A DNA stretch of 38,036 bases from Anaerovoracaceae bacterium (GTDB taxonomy: Bacteria; Bacillota; Clostridia; Peptostreptococcales; Anaerovoracaceae): NCBI GenBank assembly GCA_045116695.1, contig JBGUME010000020.1, positions 1-38,036 on the forward strand, in the 5' to 3' direction. The notes beneath the pieces were generated by a model. That model saw only the letters and a program-made list of their open reading frames with translations, had not been told where the DNA came from and searched no databases. The position numbers and the translations under genes are program-made. This document shows, one piece after another, positions 1 to 8,750 of the stretch. Within the stretch, counting starts at the first letter, position 1; each line of letters starts with the position of its first letter.

Positions 1-1
1 G

Positions 2-238
2 GTTGATGACTACATGAATTTGTGGGATACGAAGAATGCCTTGTTTGAGGATATAGAAGATAGGGGGGTGGTGGTCTCCTACAATAACGGAGGCGGCCAG
101 TCGGGAATGAAGCAGAACGACAGCGTCCCCGCCGTCCTGAAGGTCAACGGCCAGATGACGAAGATCCTCGACAGCCTTGGTATCAAGCCATCGCTCGTTA
201 TGGTGGACGATGACGAAGACGACGACATCGACCTCTAA
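2..238 (+). CDS. Terminase small subunit, C-terminal fragment (P27-family-like), open to the window edge
   Basis: The frame is open from base 2. It lies directly upstream of and overlapping terL. The tail ...MTKILDSLGIKPS...DDDEDDDIDL is typical of terS C-termini. Confidence 0.5.
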   Translation, partial: VDDYMNLWDTKNALFEDIEDRGVVVSYNNGGGQSGMKQNDSVPAVLKVNGQMTKILDSLGIKPSLVMVDDDEDDDIDL

Positions 239-1919
239 GTACAGCCGGCACATCCAGCCATTCATTGACCTGGTTGAGTCGGAGAAGCTGAGAACATCCA
301 AGGAAGTCAAGGCCCTCGTAAATCATGTGAAATGGTGTTTCGATAACGAAGATATATATGTCAATGATGAGCTGGCGGATAAGTATCTGGGACTTAGTAA
401 GTACTTCCCGTTCGAGGAGGTCTTTCCCTGGCAGGAGTTCGTGATCACGCTGCATGACTGCACATTCGATCGAGCTTCGGGAATGCCACGCTGGCCTGAT
501 CTGTTTTGTATGCTTGGGCGAGGCGCCGGCAAGGATGGAACCATAGCACTGGAGAGTGTTTGTCTTGCATCGCCGTATAACAATATATCCGGATATGATG
601 CTGATATATGTGCCAACAACGAGGAGCAGGCGCTCCGCCCTGTATTGGATATAGTTGATGCGTTCGACGGAGCAGAAGAGAAGGAAAAAAAGAAGCTCAA
701 GAAATATTATCATTGGCTCAAAGAATCAGTCGAGTGCACCAGGACAAAGTCGAAGATCCGAGGCAGGACCAACAATCCCAAGGGCAAGGATGGAATGCGC
801 TCCGGGATAGTGATTTTCAACGAGATCCATCAATACGAGAACTACAACAACATAAATGTATTCACGACCGGCCTGGGCAAGCATCCGCATCCACGCCGGT
901 CTTACTTTACTACAAACGGAGATGTGAGAGAGGGCCCGCTTGATGATCTTCTCGAAACATCTGAAGGAATCCTGTTCGGAGGCAATCCGGACAATGGGCT
1001 CCTGTGTTTCATCTGCAGGTTGGACAGTAAGGACGAAGTCCATGATCCGAAGAACTGGGAGAAGGCGAACCCTTCCCTGCCATATCTGGCACATCTTCGG
1101 ATGGAGACGGAAAAGGAATACCGGGACTGGAAAGAGAATCCGGCCAGGCTTCCGGCGTTCATGACCAAGAGGATGAACATTCCGGACGGATCCAACGAGA
1201 TCAAGGTCACTGACTACGAGAACATCAAGGCAACAAACCGGGAGTTTCCGGATATGACAGGATGGACCTGTGTGGCCGGGATCGACTTCTCGAAGATCAC
1301 TGACTGGGTGAGCGTTGATCTGCACTTTAAGCAGGGAGACCAGAGATATGATATATCACACTCCTGGATGTGCTCGGAGTCAAAGGATATCCCGAGGCTA
1401 CGCTGCCCCTGGAAGGAGTGGGTGGATAAAGGGAGACTGACTATCGTAGATGATGTCGAGATACATCCGGAAGTCATAACGGAGTATCTGTACATGATGC
1501 GCGAACATTACGCGATCCGTGGCATTGCGATAGATGACTTCCGATATGCTCTTCTTGCAAGAGCACTTAATGACTTAGGCTTCGATCCGAAGGAACGCAA
1601 GAACTTAAAGCTCGTGAGACCTTCGGATATTATGCGCGTGGCTCCTGTCATAGACAGCTGCTTCGCGAATCAATATTTCACCTGGGGAGATGCCCCGGAG
1701 CTTCGATGGGCAACGAACAATACAAAGCTCATCCGGTACGGCCGGAAGATGGGCTCCAGTTCGGATGCGGATATAGGCAACTATGTATACGGCAAGATCG
1801 AGGCAAAGTCACGAAAGACTGACCCGTTCATGGCCGTGGTTGCTGCGATGACCATTGAAGATAAAATACTCGAACGAAGGACCGGCAAGCGGAAGAAGCT
1901 GGATACCATCGTCTTTTAA
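177..1919 (+). CDS. terL: Terminase large subunit
   Basis: 580-aa ORF with a Walker-A-like GRGAGKDG and a Terminase_1-like layout, followed by the portal gene. The true start is uncertain (ATG 210 also possible) and overlaps the terS end. Confidence 0.9.
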   Translation: MVSSHRSLWWTMTKTTTSTSKYSRHIQPFIDLVESEKLRTSKEVKALVNHVKWCFDNEDIYVNDELADKYLGLSKYFPFEEVFPWQEFVITLHDCTFDRASGMPRWPDLFCMLGRGAGKDGTIALESVCLASPYNNISGYDADICANNEEQALRPVLDIVDAFDGAEEKEKKKLKKYYHWLKESVECTRTKSKIRGRTNNPKGKDGMRSGIVIFNEIHQYENYNNINVFTTGLGKHPHPRRSYFTTNGDVREGPLDDLLETSEGILFGGNPDNGLLCFICRLDSKDEVHDPKNWEKANPSLPYLAHLRMETEKEYRDWKENPARLPAFMTKRMNIPDGSNEIKVTDYENIKATNREFPDMTGWTCVAGIDFSKITDWVSVDLHFKQGDQRYDISHSWMCSESKDIPRLRCPWKEWVDKGRLTIVDDVEIHPEVITEYLYMMREHYAIRGIAIDDFRYALLARALNDLGFDPKERKNLKLVRPSDIMRVAPVIDSCFANQYFTWGDAPELRWATNNTKLIRYGRKMGSSSDADIGNYVYGKIEAKSRKTDPFMAVVAAMTIEDKILERRTGKRKKLDTIVF

Positions 1920-1931
1920 GTGAGGTTGATC

Positions 1932-3185
1932 ATGGCGTTTAATTTGTTTAAGTGGATTTTAGGAGAACCAAATAACGAAGCCGAGCAGGTGGGGACAAAA
2001 GTCAACCTGTCAGACTTCATGAATGACGAACAGGGAAGCGCCATAGCCGGCATAGAGCTGACCATACAGAAGATGGCCTTCTGGACAGCGATCCGGAAGA
2101 TCTCCGCTGCAGTGTCAGCTGTCGAATGGGAGACGGTAAGGCGGAACAAAAAGGTCAAGGCCCGGGAGTACTGGTCATGGAATTTCAGCCCGAACCCGAA
2201 CCAGACAAGGGAGGAGTTCTTCACGGATCTGATCGGGACACTGTACTCGAAACAGGAGGCCCTGATAGTAGAGACAAAGAACGGATACAGGTATGTAGCG
2301 ACCGGTTTCTCGAAAACAGAAAGACTTGACGGAGATATCTACACAGACATCACAGCTCACAATGATTCGATCCCCGGATCATTCTCAGCGAAGGATGTCT
2401 TTCATTTTGCAATCGAAGGCGACAGGATCAAGGCCATTCTGCTCATGATTACAGCCAACGAAGGGCAATTCATTAAAAGCGCCACATCAAATTATCTCAA
2501 GGGGCAGGGAACGCGAGGCATCCTGCACATAGATGAGACTGCAGAAGCGGATCCTGACTTCGAGGATACATACGAGGATCTTGTACAGAAAAAGTTTAAG
2601 AGCTATTTCGAGAACGCAAACGCAGTCCTGCCCATGTATAAGGGCTTCGACTTCCAGCAGACGGAGACAAAGGGAGGCAGCACCAAGTCGGAGCTGGCCG
2701 GATCCCGCGATATCCGCAATATGTACGATGACATAGTTGAATTTACAGCTCAGACATTCGGTATTCCGGTATCAATATTAACAGGCAAGGGAGTAACAGC
2801 TGCAGACTTCAACATCTTTATGACTCAGACCGTACAGCCTCTTGTGATGATGATAGCTGACGAGATCAACCGGAAACTCTACGGCCAGCAGCTCGTACTT
2901 GCATCCGGATCCTACATAGTTCCGAATCTTGCGAAGGTTAAGTACATAGATGTATTCGATGTGGCCAACCCGATAGACAAGTTGATCGGCTCCGGAGCGT
3001 TCTGCGTGAATGATGTCAGGATAAGGCTCGGCATGGATGTCATCGACGAAGAATGGGCATGGCAGCATTGGATGACAAAGAACTACTCTCCTACAGAAGA
3101 ACTTCTGGAGGGAGTTGATGATAATGATGCACCGGTGCAACCGGACGAAAATAATGAGGAGGATGAAGATGAAAACGAAGAATAA
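1932..3185 (+). CDS. Portal protein, HK97 family
   Basis: About 417 aa between terL and the protease. GAGG lies 6 nt before ATG 1932 (the ORF track starts at GTG 1920). The C-terminus is acidic. Confidence 0.9.
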   Translation: MAFNLFKWILGEPNNEAEQVGTKVNLSDFMNDEQGSAIAGIELTIQKMAFWTAIRKISAAVSAVEWETVRRNKKVKAREYWSWNFSPNPNQTREEFFTDLIGTLYSKQEALIVETKNGYRYVATGFSKTERLDGDIYTDITAHNDSIPGSFSAKDVFHFAIEGDRIKAILLMITANEGQFIKSATSNYLKGQGTRGILHIDETAEADPDFEDTYEDLVQKKFKSYFENANAVLPMYKGFDFQQTETKGGSTKSELAGSRDIRNMYDDIVEFTAQTFGIPVSILTGKGVTAADFNIFMTQTVQPLVMMIADEINRKLYGQQLVLASGSYIVPNLAKVKYIDVFDVANPIDKLIGSGAFCVNDVRIRLGMDVIDEEWAWQHWMTKNYSPTEELLEGVDDNDAPVQPDENNEEDEDENEE

Positions 3186-4062
3186 CCCGTACTTCGCCAT
3201 CGAGACGAGCGAAGAAGAGTTGACCGCTGATATATACATCTTCGGGGATATAGCCTCGAAGAGAGGCGGACTCAACAAACTGCTGGCTCCAAGCAGCGAC
3301 CAGTCAAGCTATGACCTGGCTCAGCGCGTGGCCAACATTCCGGAAGACTACGCTATTGTAGTCCATATCAACAGCAATGGCGGAGAGCTTAAGGAAGGCC
3401 TCGGCATCTACAATGTCCTGAAGGAGAGGGATAATGTAACGACTATCTGCGAAGGCTTCGCGGCATCAGCCGCATCAGTCATTTTCTGCGCAGGCAAGTC
3501 AAGGATCATGCAGCCGGCCAGCCTCTTATTCATTCATCAGGCATGGATGACTACAAGCGGCAATTCGGACCAGCTGAGCAAAGCGGCCGAGGATCTTAAG
3601 ATCATAACCAACGCGGCCAAGGCAGCATATAAGGAGTGCGGCATCAACATAGATGACGATGCTCTTGACCAGCTGCTCAAGAATGAGACCTGGATCACTC
3701 CGGAGAATGCTCTTGAGATGGGCTTCGCTACTTCAATAGCAGATGTCGAGGATGACGAAGAGGAAGGAATCCAGAACAGCGCCATGCATTCACTCATGGC
3801 CAAGGTCACAAAAGAAGAACAGCCCGGATGGACAATGCATCTTGATCCTGCAGCGTCAGAACTCTTCAAGGGATATCTTGATGCAGTGACCAAGTCAGAG
3901 GATTTGTTCGCTCTTGCAACAAAGGCCCTCAATGCACTCGACAGCAATCCCGAGATCGCCATCAAGGTCAAGGGATTTGTAGATAGTTTTATAGCCACTG
4001 ATTCTACGCCGACTCCGGCGCAGGTGGAAAATAAAGGCTTCTTTGGATTCAAAGAAGTGTAA
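3163..4062 (+). CDS. ClpP-family prohead protease with a C-terminal scaffold-like extension
   Basis: VVHINSNGGELKEGLGIYNVL...GFAASAASVIFCAG...LFIHQAW matches the S14 ClpP core. GAGGAGG lies upstream of ATG 3163/3169. Confidence 0.85.
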   Translation: MKMKTKNNPYFAIETSEEELTADIYIFGDIASKRGGLNKLLAPSSDQSSYDLAQRVANIPEDYAIVVHINSNGGELKEGLGIYNVLKERDNVTTICEGFAASAASVIFCAGKSRIMQPASLLFIHQAWMTTSGNSDQLSKAAEDLKIITNAAKAAYKECGINIDDDALDQLLKNETWITPENALEMGFATSIADVEDDEEEGIQNSAMHSLMAKVTKEEQPGWTMHLDPAASELFKGYLDAVTKSEDLFALATKALNALDSNPEIAIKVKGFVDSFIATDSTPTPAQVENKGFFGFKEV

Positions 4063-4104
4063 CTTATCAACGCCGGAGATCCGGCAAAGAAGGAGGTAAA
4101 AAGA

Positions 4105-5277
4105 ATGAAGAACAAGGACATGCTTAATGCAAACCAGCTTGAGATCGCTCAGCGCATATCTGACGCAGCGAAGTCAGGCGACACAGAGTCATTCGAGAAC
4201 GGCATCCAGGAGATGTTTGCCAGCATTCACGATGACATCGTAGCCCAGGCTACAGCAATGAAGGATACTGCAGATGCAGCAATCCTGGCACAGAGGGGCG
4301 TTCGTCAGCTTACCACTGAGGAGAATGAGTTCTACAACACTCTCATCGATGCAATGAAGACAACGGGAGACATCAAGAATGCTCTCACCAACACGGACAA
4401 GACATTCCCTCAGACCATTATCGTACAGGTGATGGAAGACATGCAGCAGGATCATCCGCTCATCGCAGCAGTTGACTCCGTAACCGTTACAGGAGCTACC
4501 AAGCTTCTCCTCAACACAGATGCAGGCGAGAACGCAGCATGGGGAGCTCTTGAGGCAGCTATCACAGAGGAGATCGACAGCGGATTCAAGTCAATCGATC
4601 TTTCACAGTTCAAGCTCTCAGCTTGGATGCCCATCTCTATCGATATGTTAGAGCTTGGTGCTAACTGGATTGATTCATATATCCGCAAGTGCTTATCAGA
4701 AGCCCTTGCAATCGGATATGAGAATGCGATCATAACCGGTACCGGTAAGGATATGCCTATCGGTATGGACAGGAGCGTAGCTGATGATGTTACGGTTGTC
4801 GGCGGCGTATATCCTCAGAAGAGCGCTATCGCAGTGACAAGCTTTGACCGCACAACCTACGGCGGACTCATAGCTCGTCTGGCAAAGACACAGTACAACA
4901 AACCCAGGGCAGTCAAGGGACTTATCCTTGTAGTAAATCCTACAGACTACTACTCAGTGGTAATGCCTGCTACAACGATGCTCACTCCGGACGGCAAGTA
5001 TGTCAATGATGTGCTTCCTGTTCCTACGCAGATCATCCAGTCTGTAGCAGTAACCCAGGGAGAGGCCATCCTCGGTATGGGCAAGAAGTACTTCCTCGGT
5101 GTAGGCGGCAAGAGAGGTATCCAGTTCTCAGACGACTACAAGTTCCTTGAGGACAAGAGGTACTACAAGATCGTAGCATACTCAAACGGCCAGCCCAAGG
5201 ACAACAACGCTTTCCTTCGTCTCGATATCTCGAATCTTGATCCGACTTATCTCGAAGTTAAACAGGTGTCTTTTTAG
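4105..5277 (+). CDS. Major capsid protein, HK97 family
   Basis: 390 aa, AAGGAGG RBS, positioned after the protease. The N-terminal delta-like helical region is followed by a capsid core. Confidence 0.9.
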   Translation: MKNKDMLNANQLEIAQRISDAAKSGDTESFENGIQEMFASIHDDIVAQATAMKDTADAAILAQRGVRQLTTEENEFYNTLIDAMKTTGDIKNALTNTDKTFPQTIIVQVMEDMQQDHPLIAAVDSVTVTGATKLLLNTDAGENAAWGALEAAITEEIDSGFKSIDLSQFKLSAWMPISIDMLELGANWIDSYIRKCLSEALAIGYENAIITGTGKDMPIGMDRSVADDVTVVGGVYPQKSAIAVTSFDRTTYGGLIARLAKTQYNKPRAVKGLILVVNPTDYYSVVMPATTMLTPDGKYVNDVLPVPTQIIQSVAVTQGEAILGMGKKYFLGVGGKRGIQFSDDYKFLEDKRYYKIVAYSNGQPKDNNAFLRLDISNLDPTYLEVKQVSF

Positions 5278-5318
5278 GAACCCTGTCGGTTGACGCGGAC
5301 ATACCGGCAGGGACAGAC

Positions 5319-5669
5319 TTGTTAGGCAAGTCCGTAACAGCGCTCCAGGAGGACATAGTTCTCGACGGAAGCAAAATATCCGGTAAGCTCAAATATGTAA
5401 CGGGATATACCGGATTCAGTGGAGATCCGGCTGAGCAGGAAGGCAACTACATAGCCCTTCATGCAGAGACTGACTTCACCGAAGACAGCATCACGCTTGA
5501 ACTCATCAACGGCACAGTAGGACATCCGGTAACTCTGGATAGCGACGGCCTGATGGTAGTAAGGATCACAAACAAGGATACTCAGAAGATCAAGCTTGTT
5601 GCAACCAAGGGCACCAGGACAAGAGTTAAGATCTACGATCTTAGCGGCCTGACTCTTGCTACATCATAG
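5319..5669 (+). CDS. Hypothetical head-associated protein
   Basis: 116-aa ORF directly after the capsid gene. It has a TTG start and a weak RBS. Confidence 0.4.
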   Translation: MLGKSVTALQEDIVLDGSKISGKLKYVTGYTGFSGDPAEQEGNYIALHAETDFTEDSITLELINGTVGHPVTLDSDGLMVVRITNKDTQKIKLVATKGTRTRVKIYDLSGLTLATS

Positions 5670-5679
5670 GAGGTGCGAT

Positions 5680-5781
5680 ATGGCAGTAGCATACACAGAT
5701 CATCCTGTGAAAAAGCAGGATAACAAGAAGGGATCCGACAAGGATGCCAAGAAGGAATCCGAAAAGGATACCAAGAAGTAG
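5680..5781 (+). CDS. Lys-rich 33-aa micro-ORF (MAVAYTDHPVKKQDNKKGSDKDAKKESEKDTKK)
   Basis: AGGAGG lies 6 nt upstream of the ATG. Its stop overlaps the RBS of the next gene. It is too short to appear in the ORF track. Confidence 0.3.
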   Translation: MAVAYTDHPVKKQDNKKGSDKDAKKESEKDTKK

Positions 5782-5790
5782 GAGGTCATC

Positions 5791-6117
5791 ATGAGCGCTA
5801 TAGTTATATCCGAACAGCTGCTTGAAGCGGCTAAGAATTATCTTGACATAACCTGGACAGATGAGGATGCCGACAAAAAGCTCAAAGGACAGCTGCAGCG
5901 CGGGATTCAATATATCTCTTCAAAGACGGGAGTCCAGGCGGACTCTTCCGTCTTTGCGGGAGATGATGTAGACCTTCGTGCGCAAGAGCTCTTATTCAAT
6001 TATGTGCTGTATGACAGGGCCGGATCTATCGATCAGTTCAAAGTCAACTACAGGCGCGACATAATCGGCCTGAAGATGAGATGGGAGGTAGCGAATGCGT
6101 CCGAGTCAACAGGTTGA
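5791..6117 (+). CDS. Head-tail connector protein (gp6-like)
   Basis: LLEAAKNYLDITWTDEDADKKLKGQLQRG is typical of gp6-like connector or DNA-packaging proteins. Gene order supports this. Confidence 0.7.
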   Translation: MSAIVISEQLLEAAKNYLDITWTDEDADKKLKGQLQRGIQYISSKTGVQADSSVFAGDDVDLRAQELLFNYVLYDRAGSIDQFKVNYRRDIIGLKMRWEVANASESTG

Positions 6118-6460
6118 AACATTCCCGGATGGGATAGTTGAAATATACACAGAGACGAACCGTACTATCGGCGAGAAGAAGGCGACGCTCAGATTCGAGC
6201 GGCAGTCAGTAGGTATCAAGAGGTACTATGAATCGCAGGTATCGGTTGCGGGAAATCGCATCGACCGCGTTATCAAGGTGCCACATACAAAGCTGGCCGC
6301 CCGGAATGATATTGCCATCTTGGTCACGGAGGACAACGCCCAGTACAGGATCATCCGCATCCAGGAGAAGCCGGAGCGGAATGTGGATCTCTGGGAACTG
6401 CAGAATGTTCAGGTTAAGTTTAGGAGTGCTGAGAATGAGCCAGATCCGGTGCAAGGTTGA
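6095..6460 (+). CDS. Head closure / head-tail adaptor protein
   Basis: 121 aa, GGGAGG RBS. Position and size fit an SPP1 gp16-like head closure protein. Confidence 0.55.
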   Translation: MRPSQQVETFPDGIVEIYTETNRTIGEKKATLRFERQSVGIKRYYESQVSVAGNRIDRVIKVPHTKLAARNDIAILVTEDNAQYRIIRIQEKPERNVDLWELQNVQVKFRSAENEPDPVQG

Positions 6461-6854
6461 GGACCTTGGAAAAGTCATAGGCGATATCCTGGATGAATAC
6501 GGCGATAACATCGACAAGGGCCTGCAGGTCGTTGTCCCTAAGATCGCCAAAAACGCCCAGGAAGAAGTCAAGGCAGCTTCTCCCGTGCGCAAGTATGGAG
6601 GGAAAAAAGGCCGGTACAAGAAAGGCTGGACCACTACTCAGGAGACCGTCAACAGGATGAGAGTTGATGTAGTCATCCATAACAGAACCGACTACCAGCT
6701 GACACATCTTCTCGAAAAAGGACATGTCCTGATCCGGGGAGGAAGAAACCTGGGACGATCACCGGCCAAGGTACACATCGCGCCCGCTGAAGAGCACGCT
6801 ATCAAGAATCTTGAGGAGGCAGTAGAGAGAATTGCGCAAGGATCAAATTATTGA
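6435..6854 (+). CDS. HK97 gp10-like tail component
   Basis: Internal ATG 6435 follows AGGAG. The motifs ...NRTDYQLTHLLEKGH...HIAPAEE resemble the HK97 gp10 family. Confidence 0.6.
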   Translation: MSQIRCKVEDLGKVIGDILDEYGDNIDKGLQVVVPKIAKNAQEEVKAASPVRKYGGKKGRYKKGWTTTQETVNRMRVDVVIHNRTDYQLTHLLEKGHVLIRGGRNLGRSPAKVHIAPAEEHAIKNLEEAVERIAQGSNY

Positions 6855-7173
6855 AAATGTCTGTAAGACACTGAAGGAAGACAAGGTGATCACAGACTAC
6901 AGATATGATCATTTCGAGGAATATGAGGCTATCCCGCCTCCTTTTGCGGTATACCGCAGGGTGGCGCCACAGAACTTCTCGGCTGACGGCATCGTGTATC
7001 ATCACGGTGAGAATGTCGATCTGGAACTGTACGCCTCAGATCCGGAAGAGATGGCAACCATTATGGAAGCCGTCGAGACACAGCTCGATGCTTCCGAGCT
7101 TTTTTATCAATTAACCGCAGATACAGCATATATCGACTCGGAGAAATTCTACGAGTCCTTATATGAACTGTAG
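6832..7173 (+). CDS. Putative tail completion / terminator-like protein
   Basis: 113-aa ORF between the gp10-like gene and the major tail gene. TTG start. Assigned by position only. Confidence 0.4.
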   Translation: MRKDQIIENVCKTLKEDKVITDYRYDHFEEYEAIPPPFAVYRRVAPQNFSADGIVYHHGENVDLELYASDPEEMATIMEAVETQLDASELFYQLTADTAYIDSEKFYESLYEL

Positions 7174-7186
7174 GAAGGAGACTAAA

Positions 7187-8002
7187 ATGCCCAAGAATAA
7201 AGTTAAATACAATCTCAAGAATGTGCACTACGCTAAGCTCACATTCGATGAGAACGATACTCCGGTATTTGGTGCGGTAAAGCCCTGGCCGGGAGCAGTG
7301 AGTATGTCACTGGATGCTGAAGGCGAGCCTACGATCTTCTATGCTGATGGTGTACAGTACTTTGTTGTAAACAACAACAACGGATACTCGGGTGATTACG
7401 AGTGTGCACTCATTCCCGAGGACTTCAGGACCGATATTCTCGGAGATATCAAGGACAGCAACGGCGTCCTCATCGAGAATGCAGACGCTCCCAGCGTACA
7501 CTTCGCGCTCATGTTTGAGTTCGACGGTGATGCAAAGGGAATCCGCCATGTCGTATACAACAACACAGCAACAAGACCTAAGATCGAGAGCCAGACAAAG
7601 GAAGACTCGACTGAGGTTAAGACAGAGACCATCTCTATCAAGAGCCTGTCGCTGTATATCGCAGCCATCGACAAGAACATTGTCAAAGCTAAGTCCGGCG
7701 ATGATATCGCTGATGCAGCATACAATAACTGGTACAACGCTGTTTATATGCCTAACACGCTCAGCAGCTCCGTACAGATCTCCGGTCTCAGCACCGTGGC
7801 AGCAGACGCTACGATCACACTTACCGCTGCTACAGTTCCTGCAGCCGCTTCTGTTGTTTGGTCATCCAACAACGAGGATGTAGCCACTGTATCATCGGGC
7901 GGCGTAGTGACAGGTGTAGCTGCCGGCAAGGCAACCATCATGTGTACGCTTGCATCTGATGGCTCGGTATTCGATACCAAGGTTATCACTGTAACTGAAT
8001 AG
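7187..8002 (+). CDS. Major tail protein with a C-terminal Big_2 Ig-like domain
   Basis: GGAAGGAG RBS. The C-terminus [42 protein letters not shown] is a Big_2-type Ig repeat. A strong terminator follows. Confidence 0.75.
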   Translation: MPKNKVKYNLKNVHYAKLTFDENDTPVFGAVKPWPGAVSMSLDAEGEPTIFYADGVQYFVVNNNNGYSGDYECALIPEDFRTDILGDIKDSNGVLIENADAPSVHFALMFEFDGDAKGIRHVVYNNTATRPKIESQTKEDSTEVKTETISIKSLSLYIAAIDKNIVKAKSGDDIADAAYNNWYNAVYMPNTLSSSVQISGLSTVAADATITLTAATVPAAASVVWSSNNEDVATVSSGGVVTGVAAGKATIMCTLASDGSVFDTKVITVTE

Positions 8003-8018
8003 TCAAACAACAATCAGG

Positions 8019-8052
8019 CCCCTCGCTGCCATTCGGCAGTGAGGGGTTTATT
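8019..8052 (+). terminator. Rho-independent terminator after the major tail gene
   Basis: CCCCTCGCTGCC-ATTC-GGCAGTGAGGGG forms a 12-bp stem with one G-U pair, followed by TTTATT. Confidence 0.7.
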
Positions 8053-8072
8053 GATAAGAGGAGAGAATCGGC

Positions 8073-8549
8073 ATGTATAAACAGATTGAACTGCATTATT
8101 CGGATGGATCAGTAAGATCCACACCGTTCAAAGCGACGGCCACGACATCTATAAGGTATAAACAATTTGCAAAAAAAGAATTAAATAGATGTATAACGGG
8201 AATTATCAATCTCGTAAAAACCGAGTCATACCAGGAACTGATGGAACTTACTGAAGTGAATGAGAATGGCGAAAGGGTAATGAAGAAAATAAACCTCGGA
8301 GATATGAGTGAAGGTGCAAGAGATACTATGATAGCATTACTCAACTCCGAAGAAATCGAGGATTTGAAAAAAATAGCCTATGTAATGTACAAACAAGGCA
8401 CAGGCTCAGATATGACAACTTTAAATAATGATGATTATCTTGATTGGCTTGATAATTATGAGCCAATGGAGTTTATAAACATAATCGGAGATATCATTGA
8501 ATTATACTTCGGAAATGTAAATATGTCTGTTGAGAGTAAAAAAAAATAA
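8073..8549 (+). CDS. Tail assembly chaperone (gpG-like)
   Basis: 158-aa acidic protein between the major tail and tape measure genes. It ends in an A9 run. Confidence 0.65.
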   Translation: MYKQIELHYSDGSVRSTPFKATATTSIRYKQFAKKELNRCITGIINLVKTESYQELMELTEVNENGERVMKKINLGDMSEGARDTMIALLNSEEIEDLKKIAYVMYKQGTGSDMTTLNNDDYLDWLDNYEPMEFINIIGDIIELYFGNVNMSVESKKK

Positions 8550-8740
8550 GACCGACAGACAGACAGTATTCTACAGCACTGTATATACTGAGAGCTAAGC
8601 AAATAGGCCTTACAATAGCAGACATGGATGAACTGGAAGAAGGCGATATATATGATATGTTTGCTGAACTTTCAAATGATTCAGTGGAAGATGATGAATA
8701 TACATATGTAGCTACACAAAAAGATTTTGATAATTTTTAA
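8073..8740 (+). CDS. Tail assembly chaperone GT-like fusion, made by a -1 programmed frameshift at A AAA AAA (8538-8546)
   Basis: The -1 frame is open for 64 codons from 8546 to TAA 8738-8740, 10 nt before the TMP start. No convincing independent start exists for this frame. Confidence 0.55.
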
Positions 8741-8750
8741 GAGGTAACAA

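Noticed and set aside
8551-8566. (GACA)3 tetranucleotide repeat as an independent element
   Set aside because: It is too short to call a repeat locus. It is noted only as possible downstream context of the chaperone frameshift site.
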